A stretch of DNA of 64,000 nt from Lingula anatina. Taxonomy: Eukaryota > Animalia > Brachiopoda. The DNA lies in the NCBI GenBank assembly GCA_051362555.1, contig CM120644.1, positions 5,340,954 through 5,404,953 on the forward strand, written 5' to 3'. Positions 38,500-50,196 of the stretch are shown piece after piece; positions within the stretch are counted from its first letter, which is position 1; each line of letters opens with the position of its first letter. A model generated the notes under the pieces. That model searched no databases. It was not told where the DNA came from and saw nothing but the letters and a program-made list of their open reading frames with translations. The position numbers and the translations under genes are program-made.

Positions 38500-38751
38500 T
38501 TAACCTGTTGTGCTCAAGTCTGAGATGTCCTGTGATACTCAAAGCTACAACTGACTGTTGTGAAAAAATTAGATGTGGTGTAAGCACCTGCCTGACGAAA
38601 AACTGTTAAAGCAGTATTTTTCTTTTCTTTGGAAGATGAATTGATGGCTATTGTTGACCTGTTTATTTGCAAGATAACCAGTTGCATGCCTTAACAATGA
38701 AAATATTTTTAATCTTCACCAGTAAATTTCAAATTAGCTCTTGTTTTCTAG

Positions 38752-38820
38752 TGGCAGGACAGAATTTCAAACGTTAGAAGATGGCAAAAGAAGAGCAAGG
38801 ATAGAAAGAACATTTTCCAG
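38752..38820 (+). CDS. PTPN4: PTPN3/4-like coding exon 11 (FERM-adjacent region)
   Basis: ttctag|(S)GRTEFQTLEDGKRRARIERTFS+AG|GTATTA, phase 2-2; completes GSKFRYSGRTE. Confidence 0.93.
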
Positions 38821-39535
38821 GTATTATATCTTGCTCTGTGTGCTAAACCAAAACTAGAAATTATGCTGCTTGTATTTCAAAGGATTTTAAGAGAGAGAGA
38901 GAGAGAGGCTTCACAACAAACATATACACAATCTCTTCTCAAACGAATTTCTTGCATTTAGAGAAAATAGCCTTTTTTTGTGGTTTTATATTCTGCAGTG
39001 TAGAACATCCATTTCTTTCGTGCCCTGGTTGCATGTCTCCAGCTGGAGAAATAATCCATCTTGGAAGTGTCTGGTTACCAGGTTGATCTGTAGATCTCAT
39101 TACTTAGAGATGGTGTGGGTGTTGAGGTGTGGTTTGTTAGCAGTGAGAGAGAGAGAGAGAGAGAGATAGAAGGGAGGGGGAGAGAAGGGAGAGAGAGAGA
39201 GAGGTAGAGATAGAAAAAGAGAGGGGGGTATATATATATAGAGAGAGAGAGAGAGAAAGAGAGAGAGGAGTAGAAATACAAAAAAAGAGAGAGAGAGAAG
39301 AGAGAGAATGGAAGAGAAAGAGAAGAGCCAGAGAAGAAATTGAAATGAGACAATATGCTTCCAAAGATCAATGCTGTAAACATGTCATGTCATGAAAGTG
39401 GTAGGATGTATCCCATTGTGGATCTCAAATGTAACAGATATAGTGGCTTTGAAAACCACTTATGCAGAAATCTGTCTGAAAAAGAGCACATTATTGTTTT
39501 CTGTAGTTCCTGTGGGAGTACAAAGGCTGATATTA

Positions 39536-40042
39536 AGGGGCCCGCACACGGTGAGCATTCGGCGCGCGCCACTTGCGTCCAGATGCTCGCGCTCCTCAGC
39601 TCCCCGCAAACGATGCGCTCTTTGCTCAGCAGAGATGCCTCCCGGCCTGCCCCTATCGGACGCACCGCGAACTGTGGGATCATGTGATTAAGGAAACATA
39701 ACATATTTATTTTTTTTCTGAAAGTAATGGCAAATGGTGACCACGTTAATCAATCAGACTAACTATAACTGTGTACATTTTTGTTTACTTCGCTGGAGGC
39801 TGCCATTTTTCTTTGTTTCCGGCTACCGGCACATGCCCATTGTTGACATGGCATGAGCAATGGGCGCTTGCACCCCGCACACGCTGAGACATTTGCCTCA
39901 AGAGACCAAAAATATCAAACACGTGAGATATTTTGCTAAGCCGCGCGAGAGGCAAAAATCTCACCAAAATAGCCCCGCACACGATGAGAAAACGGCGCAG
40001 CACAAGTGGCGCGCGCCAAATGCTCACAGTGTGTGGGCCCCT
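39536..40042. mobile_element. PIF/Harbinger-type MITE (~507 bp)
   Basis: ~40-bp TIRs AGGGGCCCGCACACGGTGAGCATTCGGCGCGCGCCACTTG / CAAGTGGCGCGCGCCAAATGCTCACAGTGTGTGGGCCCCT; TTA/TTA target duplication; CpG-rich. Confidence 0.9.
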
Positions 40043-41693
40043 TTAGACTTTTGTCAACCTGATGTACATACTAAGTGTCTTCTTCTCTCTGTTGAGGTGT
40101 GTGTGTGTGTTTTTCCTTATGTAGATAATTTTCTAATTTAATAATAATCTTTATTAAGCACTAAAATGTGTACAAGTTACATTTTACAGGCCCTCTATTC
40201 TAATCATAACATCTTTATAAATACAAAATATATATGGAATGGTTATTGGGAAGTGAGTAATTTAATACTGACTAGGGCCATTCCGTGGTAGTTACCAATA
40301 TTTTGGGTATCCTTCCCAGTAGATAGTATGCTGTGATCTTCCAGTTGCTGACATTGTGTTGTCTCACCTGTAGCATTCCAAGCTGCTGATAGGTTTTATT
40401 CCCTTCATGACAGGGTAGGGTAATGCTAATATCTCACACATAATGAGCTGAATAATTATCTTGATACTTTTCTCGTGCATTAAAAGTCGTTATGTTGATT
40501 TCAATGGTCTATGGAAATTTAAATTGCTAATTTGATATGACATTTCTTCTGGATGCAATATTCATAGTACGTAACTGAAGATGCATCTAAAGGAGTACTG
40601 TGACGTTAGAACCAGTTTGTTGAATTAAAGCTCCGAGACAAGAACAAAGTTAATAATCAAGAATGACCTTGAGCATTTAAGAGGAGTTTGTGAACATTAA
40701 TGTGGCATGTGATGTTAAAACCTTGTATAACAAATTATGCTAATATAGGTGATACATTTGAGAAAGATAAGCTGGTTTTTTTCTACAATTATGGAGAGTT
40801 AAAATAATTTTATCCCTTTAGAATGAAGCATTTGAAGTTGATAATAAAGTCCATGTAGTATTATACCTTAATATTTTGATTATAAAAATAGAGCAGTAAA
40901 TTTTAGTAAATCAGCAACTAACAGTGAAATTGTTGTTCACCGACTTTTCTTATCCGATTATTAAATAACTGATCTTGATTGAAGATTAAGAAAAAAGAAA
41001 AAAAAAAGCGTCTAATTCCAACTATGACAATATCATCTGGCTTGCCTCCCTAACTGGATTACTGTGCTCCAGGGGCTGAGGAATTGCTACTTTCACTAAG
41101 CTTATTCCGCCCACAGACTGGTGGAGAGGCTCTCAGGGACAGAATCCAAGTAGCAGTGGAAGTCGAGGAAAGACGCAGCTCCAATTGATACACATGTATT
41201 TTTTTATATGACATTGATCAAACTTTGTGGTGTCTCACAAGATATTTTTGAAGTGAGAGTTGTCACTATCAGCTGATATGATTTGATGATAATCAAGGGC
41301 ATGGGTTGCTTGTTTATTTTTTTTCTTCAAAAGTTTGAGCTGGTCCCTTGTCTTAAATCCATGCCTAATCCACCAAGGTCTAAGCCTTGTGTTAAGAAAG
41401 AGGAAGGCCTTTTTTTTTGTCTTAAATATCACATTGATTTACAGGGATGCGTGGAAAACTGGGGAGATTTAAATAGCAGGACATTTTAGCAATTAGTAAT
41501 GAGGAACAGGTTGCTACGTGTTTCTGACTCCACTGAGAAAAACATACTCTCCGTAGTGCATCAACATGCATGCGCGTGGGCATGCACACAACATGCAGCT
41601 AACATGGAAATGTGTACATATTCATGTTCACACACATTTACATTAACACACATGAAAACATTTGCACATGCATACTATAGTGGCCATTAGATA

Positions 41694-41724
<31 letters not shown>

Positions 41725-42396
41725 TTCATGCATACAGTGATTTCTATTTCAATTCCACATAGAGATTCAGTTGACTGTATAATATCATATTAAATTAACC
41801 TCATTACTGAGTCACCACCCATGTCTGGCAGGCTTTCAGTGGGTGGAATTATATCATGACTCCATAATGACAGTAACCTCTTACATCAGCTTACCTCAAC
41901 CAGGGCTCTGATGACAGCTGGGATGAAATGAGTTTATGTAGGGAGAAAAAATATAACGGTGATAATGCGTGATTATTGTGCCAGATTACGCCAGCCAGCA
42001 GTAGACTGTAAATCATTACCATAGCAGTGCCTTGTGATGACAGTGGTTTATAGTGAAGCAGTTACATTGGACATTTATTTGAAATGGATGGTGAAAAAGG
42101 TTTTGCATCTTGTGGATTGAACTTATTTCTTTATTTATTCATTTATTTTTTGTTTATTTATTATGTTATATTTATTTTGCTTATTGACTATTATTTTGTT
42201 TATTGGTTATTTGAACAAGGTGCAGATGAAAGTTTACTTCTGCAGTATTGGGTTATTTTTTACCACTTTTGTGTAAGTTAAGAAGAGTTGCACACAGTGG
42301 AATTTTAATTTACTGAAGTGTAACTTATAAAGCTATGAGAGATTTTAATCTTTTTTTAAAAATGAGTTATGTTGAATTTTTCCTTTAAATTTCCAG

Positions 42397-42663
42397 GTCA
42401 CCAAGTAAACGATACGCAAGACGCACTGTAGGTGGCACCACCAGAGATGTGATAATGGACGAAAAGAATGTACTTGACGGATACAGGAACGCACCAGTCA
42501 ATAATGGACCAGTCAATAACCATGTCAAACAGTCGAGGTCTATGAACAGTACGATAAACTTAACCAGGAATTATGATGGTTATGGAAGGTCACCAAGGTC
42601 ATCTTTTCAGGATTATAGGCGGAAGAGCAACACGCAGTGGTCAGACAACCAATCAGAGCCAGA
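42397..42663 (+). CDS. PTPN4: PTPN3/4-like coding exon 12 (end of FERM-adjacent region and linker)
   Basis: ttccag|(R)SPSKRYARRTVGGTTRDVIMDEKN...QWSDNQSEP+GA|GTAAGT, 267 nt, phase 2-2; RSPSK is a PTPN3/4 motif. Confidence 0.9.
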
Positions 42664-44332
42664 GTAAGTGCTTAGCAGTAGCCAATCAAAAATGATAACG
42701 AAAGAACACAAATCGTGTATAGTGTTACATAACTGTGCCTGTCTCTGCAACGAGGTTTCTCAGCTTCTGGTTCTAGTAGAGTGATTTCAATAAGATTAGA
42801 ATATACATAACATTTCACTATAATTTTAGAGAATTAGTCTAGCAATGGAGTACAAACTCCACCCCCCCCCACCCCCCCACCCCCACCCCCACTCCCCTCA
42901 AGTTCATAGAAATGGAAGCTACATGGTAAACATGTTATGCCTTTGGTAGCAATTCTCCACACTACTTTATTGATGTTTGGCTTCCATTAGGCGTGATTGG
43001 AAATCAGCAGGCAAAGTGCAATTTGATTTCGCTTCTAAACTAATTTCAAGTCTGCCAGAAAACCACGTAATGATGGTTGATTTATCACTGTTTTTTTTTT
43101 CCTTTTTATGAGAAATGAAATTCTGATGATAAATGACAGGGAAATAGGTCAGTTCTTCTCACGGAAACTTAAAAAGGCGTGTTCACAATGAAGCCAGGAG
43201 AGACGGTTTGTCTCTCCTGGGGATGGTTGGTGTAAATCAATTGTCTGAGGAAAATCAACTTGCCAAAGACAGTTATTATCTCTGAATCTCTCTGCTGGCA
43301 TTGGTGTCCATTAGTGGGCGGGGCACGTCACTGACCCTTTGGAACAAGGAGATTAGATTTGGTGCAAGTGGTGGGCTCACACTGAAGCTAAATCAGGTGG
43401 CCTGTCTGAAAGGTTGACCAAGAAGGGTAGGCCTTAATTCAGTGTGAATGTGACTGTGATTTGATGCACCCAAAATCAATTTTCCGTTGCTTTGAGTTAC
43501 AAAGCAGACTTTGATGGACTAATTCAAAATCAATAAATTCCCAAAATTTTCTCTTTTAAATAAATAACTTATAAAGATATCCATGTGTCTATCCACATAA
43601 AACAAAGAGAAATGAGAGAAATACACATTTAAGCACTGTCAAATGCATTTTTAAAACTTTGAAGATGAAAGTTGTCCTTGATGTTTTTCATTTGGTTTTA
43701 TCAGAAGAAACTACATTAGGCTGATTTGCCGAAAGGACATATTTATCATGGATATTAGAAATTATGACAGATGTGAAAAAAAAAAGACCAGTGCCTTATA
43801 ACTCTTCAAAACAGCTAGTGGTCACAGAGAAATTTACACCTACAGATGTCATGTCTTTTCTGATGAAAAGGGAATACCGTTCTTATTTGTCTCATTTGGA
43901 TGTAACACTTCTCAAGGTCTTGCATTTGCATTTTTTTTCAAAAGCATAAGTTGTCAGATATTACAGTGGCAAATTCAGCAGGGACACAACACGCAGGAAT
44001 GGTCCTGTTTTTTCTCCAGTTGTAAAATCAATAAGAATCTGTTTTGAAGAAATCCCATCCCTACTTGTCTGTAAAATTATATCAGTTGATGAGACGAGCA
44101 TGTCTCCTCCAGTTTGGCAAGTTTAACAAAAGTTAATGAGAAGTGCGTGTGGGTTTGTGGTTTGGAAACTCGGTCAATTCAGCAACCCTTGTGGTGTTTT
44201 TATTACCTCTGCTTATGGCTTAGCTACTTCGCCCACTTGCATACTACAAAAATTCAAGAGACACTATGGCTAGTTTGAACTAGGTAGGTTACATATGATA
44301 CAACTGTGGAGTGTTTGCTTTCCTGACGAAGG

Positions 44333-44333
<1 letters not shown>

Positions 44334-44428
<95 letters not shown>

Positions 44429-44429
44429 G
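44334..44429. repeat. Compound (TG)n(AG)n microsatellite
   Basis: Read directly; a similar compound repeat lies at ~1659-1706. Confidence 0.95.
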
Positions 44430-44692
44430 CATACTTGTACACACACATGCGTGTGTGTTAGTTACGTAGATAGTGTGGGTATGTTAACTGTTTAAGAAGA
44501 CAGACTTAATGAAACCAAATTTTGAACTATTTAATGTATGGCAGTGATGGGTTATGCATTTTTATTTATTAAGTAATTTAAATTTTAAGCAAATTTCTTT
44601 GAGATTAATTTTTTTTCTAAAGCTAGATAACACTCAGTGCCTATTGAGTGACACTGCTGTATTTCTTATGAGTTTGAAAACATACACCCCTC

Positions 44693-44866
44693 ACCCACCC
44701 ACCCACCCACCCACTGCCTACCCATCCATCCATCCACCCACCCACCCACCCACTGCCTACCCATCCACCCACCCACCCACCCACCCACCCACCCACCCAC
44801 TGCCTACCCATCCATCCATCCACCCACCCACCCACTCACCCACCCACTGCCTACCCATTCACCCAC
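44693..44866. repeat. (CCCA/TCCA)n repeat with a higher-order CTGCCTA-punctuated unit
   Basis: CACC/CATC runs interrupted four times by CACTGCCTACCCAT. Confidence 0.9.
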
Positions 44867-47189
44867 TCAAACCTGATACTATTACTTCTGTACAGTAATT
44901 AACCCCAAACAAACTATATAATAGCAGTAAAGCCTGCCTGGCTGCAAGCCAGAAGAGAAATCAAGGGCACGGCTCAATAGATAGAAATCTTCCATTTGAG
45001 ATGGTGTAGATATTTTTTTTGATGCAATGTGAGTCTGAAAGCTAGGACTGCTGCCTGACTGGTGATGTGGAAAACCCCAGAGAGAAATCAAGTACATCGC
45101 TTACTTCATAGCCGTCTGGTACTAGATGCATTGTTGTCAAATTGTATAAAGGAGTTTGATCTTGGTGGACATTGCTTATACCAAGAAGCCAGTCATCTTG
45201 TGTTGTCTTATGGATATTTTGGGGTATGTTCACAAAAAGATCAACTTGGACTGTGGATAGAACACTAAGCAGAGATTCCCGTCATGCGTCAGACGATCAA
45301 AGAGGGGGTAGGCTTAATTTTCACTTGTTCACGCTTCTACAGTTCTAGCCATTTGCTGGTCTGGTAACATTTGTTAGTGGGTTTGTAGTCATAACCTATT
45401 TCTTGTGTGAATGTGCCCTGAATTCAGCCAGATGTTGGTGTCATTGGGGAGATGACAGTCTCCATTGCTCAGTGTATATGTAGCAGTATGTGAAGACAGA
45501 TGTGGTAGGTTGTGGTGACACAGGTGATGTATTATAGTTTTATATTTTATAGTGGATTATATGGTTGGACAGAGAAAGAGAGAGAGAGAGAGGAGAGAGA
45601 GGAGGGCAAGGCAAGAGAGAGGGAGTGAGAGAGGGGGGAGGTTAAGGAGAGAAGGAGAGGGGCAGGAGAGAGGGATGAGGAGAAAGGAGAGAGGAGAAAA
45701 AAAAGAAAAGGGAGAGAAGGAGAAAGAGAGAGAGAGAGAGGAGGGGGTGAGAGGGGAGTCTAGTGGGGGGAAGGAAGAAGAGAGGGGATAGAGGGAGTAA
45801 TGTTTTATAGTGTGAACGTGAAAGATGACACTCATTAGCATAGCTGAAAAATGACTATCTAATAGAGATAGGAATGATTACTGAGGGGGAAGAATAATTG
45901 AGAGACAAGATAAACCCAAGTAGACATAAGACATGGCAGTCGTCATTCCAGCTTAAAGAAGAATTAATGACTTAGTCATCGGTAAAATATATTCCATCCT
46001 TATTATTCAAAATTAATAAGTTCATCTGAGTGAAGAGGTCGTCCACTGTCAGTGTGGGCAGAAAGATGAGGCGGGTTTCATTGAATCATCTGTGATCACT
46101 TCCTAGATTTCACCACAAGTATTCTCTGATGTTATTTGTAGTTCAATCCATTGATTAATACATCTGTCATAGGACTGGTGGTTATACAGAACCTTGCTTT
46201 ATGGGATACTATTGGGCTCAGTAAGTAAAAAAAGAAAAAAAAAACATAAATAACAGGATTTATTGTCAATTTCACATAACATTATAAGGCAATTAATTTT
46301 TTTATAGATTGATTGATCGATTTTTGGACTAGGCAGATATACAAAGGAAGTTTATCACAAAATTGAATTCTACTAAGTTGTGGTAAATGACTTCTTTGTA
46401 TATTGTTATCAGCTACCAAATTACCATAACTTGGGTTGTGCTATATTCAGTATGTTCTAATTACTGTATTCTCCACTGGTATATAGTGGGTGTATGTATA
46501 TGTGCAGTACAAGCTGGGATCATCATGTCTCCACAGCTGTGATATACTGAGACATAGATACTCCCACAGTTACTTGTGCAAGATGTCGGGCCGAGTTCAC
46601 ACGTTTAGAATTTTAACTGCGTTTAAACCAGCAGTGTGCCAGCTGTAAAGCGAGTGGTACCTTGCAGTCATCCATTTGCTACTCTCAGGGACGGATTGAG
46701 ACCGTATTCTGGGTCTTCCCGATAACTGTCAGATTTTTAAGTTAACATTGACAGGTGTCTATTTTTTTCTGTCTAAAGACGGTCAGAAATGGAAGATGGA
46801 TCAATATACCGGATCCACCCCTGACTGTGATGGAAGTTAAATAACATGAAGATAAAACTCAGTAAATACTAAAATGTTTGTAGTCATTGAGGGATTTCTG
46901 CAGAGTTCTGTAAACAGTGGGCAGGTTTCACAGATTGGCTATAGTCCCAAAATAAATCTAAATTTTCAGACCCAACATTAGGTCTACTTCTGTTCAAGGT
47001 AAATAATTATAGGTACTGGTCTAAATGATAAGCCATGTCTCTCTTGTTACAAAACAAGTGCAGTTTATTATTTATGTAGACCACAACTAATTTATCTTGT
47101 GGAAAAAAAATTGGTGACAGTGCTTCAAACAGTTTCCTGGTAATCGATCTTTCAACTGGTGAAACAGGCCTCAGATAGGCAATTTCTGA

Positions 47190-47585
47190 TTGGTTCCCTG
47201 TTTGATAACACTCGGAACTACTCGGATGTCTCCGCACTCGACAATAACCTCGGACGTAATACGGAGGCAGCCATATTTGATTGTTGATTGTTGGGAAGGA
47301 ACTACTTTCAACCTCGCGCTAATTTAAACCTAATTCTTTCAACGCCTGTATCTATTTATCCTTTAAATCAAACTCAATCCTAATGCATTGTTTGGCAAAC
47401 TGTAGATTATCATAAAAATCAGGGGTATTGACAGCCATCTTTATGAGCAGAATAATTGATTGAGTGAGAAGGCATTTCCGGCGGACAAAATGCATGGATT
47501 TGATGCATATTTCTCCGCCTATCACATCCGAGGTTAGTATGGAGCTTGCGGAATGAGCTGAGGATTGCCGATTGGTTTGATAACT
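47190..47585. mobile_element. Degenerate inverted-repeat element (MITE-like)
   Basis: CCGCACTC...TAACCTCGGACGTAATACGGAG versus CTCCGCCTATCACATCCGAGGTTA...GAGCTTGCGG; CpG-rich patch in the intron. Confidence 0.6.
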
Positions 47586-47620
47586 TAATATATGACTGGT
47601 TCCCTGTTTGTTCATTCCAG

Positions 47621-47732
47621 TGAGGGAGGATTTGTTCCACCAGTGCCAGCTAAGATGCAGGATTACTATCTAGATGAAAATACTAGTATGTCCCAGCAGT
47701 CCTTTGAGCTGCCCGATTACCATGAATTTGTG
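47621..47732 (+). CDS. PTPN4: PTPN3/4-like coding exon 13 (linker)
   Basis: ttccag|(D)EGGFVPPVPAKMQDYYLDENTSMSQQSFELPDYHEFV|GTGAGT, phase 2-0; PPVPAK resembles the PPALPPK linker motif of PTPN4. Confidence 0.82.
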
Positions 47733-49729
47733 GTGAGTACAGATTTATTTTTCCTTCATATTGTCTCTCTTGTCTCTCTATTGACTGTGTCGATGTCTTT
47801 ATCCATAATACATATTTCTTTTTCAAAATATAATAACCAGTTGTAACATTGCCCACGTCTACATACCTACCCTCCAAACTCGCTTTAGCCATGACACCTT
47901 TTTCTTATACATATTTGCTTCAAATTGTACGTGTCTTATTCACATTTGACTGAGTTTATTGCCATCATACCCTATGTGAAGTTAAATGCAAGGCGACCCT
48001 AGGATTCTTTCAAGGATTCTTTCAAGCAGGGTTCTGTATATTTTGTTTCTTTAAATGATTTATGCGCTCATCATTGTTTTGCATTTCAAGAACTTTTTGA
48101 ATAATAACTGTTAGTTTATCATTGGTGTGCCTGTGTAGTACTACACATGGTTATATATTGACATTCTTTTCATCTTTTATTGTGTGTTTATTTGACTTTT
48201 CTTAGACTGTGCTGATGTTCTTATAAATATTATGGTTTTATATTGATATAGAAGGTTTATGACATATGTGAAAATATTTATTGGTTGTTCGTATCATTGA
48301 TGTTTTTTCCAGTTCCCCGTTCTCTTTCAGCTGTTGTTAAAATGGTGTGTATGATTTGTATGTTCTCTTGACATGTGATTGGTAATGTTCTGAGTGAAGG
48401 AGAATGAATCACTGGTGTGTGTGTCATCAGGTAGAATGGATTTTTTGCTCACTTTCAATTTTTTTTTTTTTTTTTTTTTTGTTGTTGTTGTTGTTGGAGA
48501 GGTATGAGCTGAGACTTTCACTTGAAATACAAAATGCTATGCGTCGGTTGTTTCCTGATGTATCTTCAAATAAATGTAATTAACTGTTGAAAACATGCAA
48601 TCAACATTTTACTTCGCTGTCAATTTTTTTTTTCTATAATCATTGTGGCCCTAATATTGGCCACACCCAGCTGTCATTTTGTCATAAATTATAACATGTT
48701 ACTAAGGCAACACAGAATACAAAGTACTAATTTCTCCATATATGAAAACATACCATCAGCAGTAAATACTGGCATACTTATTGTATGTTTTTTCGGGACT
48801 TTTTTAATTAAACTGTTATCTACCAAAGTAAAGTACCCCAGCTGTTAATCCTATTCTGTCACAAACAAGACACCTTCTTGTATGGACTTATTACTATAAT
48901 TTTCCTGGTCTGGTAGTTTTGACTGGTCAAGATGTTTGAGACTGGCTTTCAAGCTTTGTGGCTACTTCACAGTCATTAATTAGTGTTATTATCATGTTAT
49001 GACTTTGATATTATAGAGTTGGTCTTTAAAGACCACATAACACACTTGCATGGGTAAAAAAAAATAATAATAAAACTTAGCTTATATGCTGAAAGACTAT
49101 GGTTGTAACTTGTCTTCTTGTTATCAGATATTTTTATTTACTTTTATGATGTTACTTATTCCTTTCCGTCAAGATGTTACAATTCAAGAGTGAGTGGCCA
49201 AATCAAGAAGTATAGAATCCTTTTTATTTGCATATTACTATAATTTTACTGGTCAAGCAATTATAAGTTGGACATCCCTGTGGCTATTTCAAATAAAGTG
49301 TTGATGTTATCATGGGTATTTAGGTTGTCCAGTGGTACCAGTAAAGGTAGAGCACAGGTTGGTACCTTGTTTTGAAAGTTGATACACCTGTCTGTGGACA
49401 TGATTGAGAAAAGGTGGATCATCTAATTCTGTGGTATTGTAGTTATTACGACAAAGGGTGGGAGTACAAAAGTGTTATTAAATTGAGTAGGAGGAATGTT
49501 GAATGCTTGGTGCATTATCTGTTAAGGTGACCGGCAATCAATGTGACAGAAGGCCCTAGGGGTGATATAACAATCAAAATATCACATTCACAGGTATGTG
49601 GCTGACTTGGTGGAATGTTTAGAAATGACCGCATTGACCAGCTTACTGACTGTTTGACTTCAGTTAAGTCACCAGTACAAAGTACCACTTGACCTAAGAG
49701 TGACCAATATGCTTATGCTATCACTTCTG

Positions 49730-49764
<35 letters not shown>

Positions 49765-50019
49765 GAATTTTAGCTTGAAGAAAGAATAAAGCAGTCCATG
49801 TTTTGCTTTGAAAAGTGAATTCTGTGTTTCAGATGTTGCATGCTATCTGCTCTACAAGAAACTTGAATAGTAGGAAAAAGGGTATAAAAATGACATATAT
49901 TTTCCCTTTTACCCCTGTACTTCAGAAAATCAGAATATGGACATGTCCTTAAAAAGGAGCTTTTAAAAATCAGTTACCCAGAATTATCATTTTTCTTCAA
50001 AAATTATTTCATGTTTCAG

Positions 50020-50196
50020 CCAACATCGCCATTCACAAGAAATAGAAGCTTTGTGAAACATTCTCCCCGCCTGCTCCACTATAGGCCTTCCCTTCCCAGG
50101 ATGCCTTTCAGACCCCCCATGGTGCCTGTCACCAGAGGGCGCCTCTGGCAGCTGGGCAGACAGCAGGTGATTACAGCACTGGATTGTGTTAGTTGA
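50020..50196 (+). CDS. Putative coding exon 14, possibly an alternative terminal exon
   Basis: tttcag| phase 0, open frame PTSPFTRNRSFVKHSPRLLHYRPSLPRMPFRPPMVPVTRGRLWQLGRQQVITALDCVS*. GC-richer than its flanks. Weak internal donor CAG|GTGATT at 50166. Confidence 0.6.
   Translation, partial: PTSPFTRNRSFVKHSPRLLHYRPSLPRMPFRPPMVPVTRGRLWQLGRQQVITALDCVS

Noticed and set aside
39355-40141. Overlapping 80-110 aa ORFs on both strands
   Set aside because: Explained by the GC-rich MITE at 39536-40042.
44554-45841. Pro/His-rich and Glu/Arg-rich ORFs
   Set aside because: Translations of (CCCA)n and (AG)-rich simple repeats.
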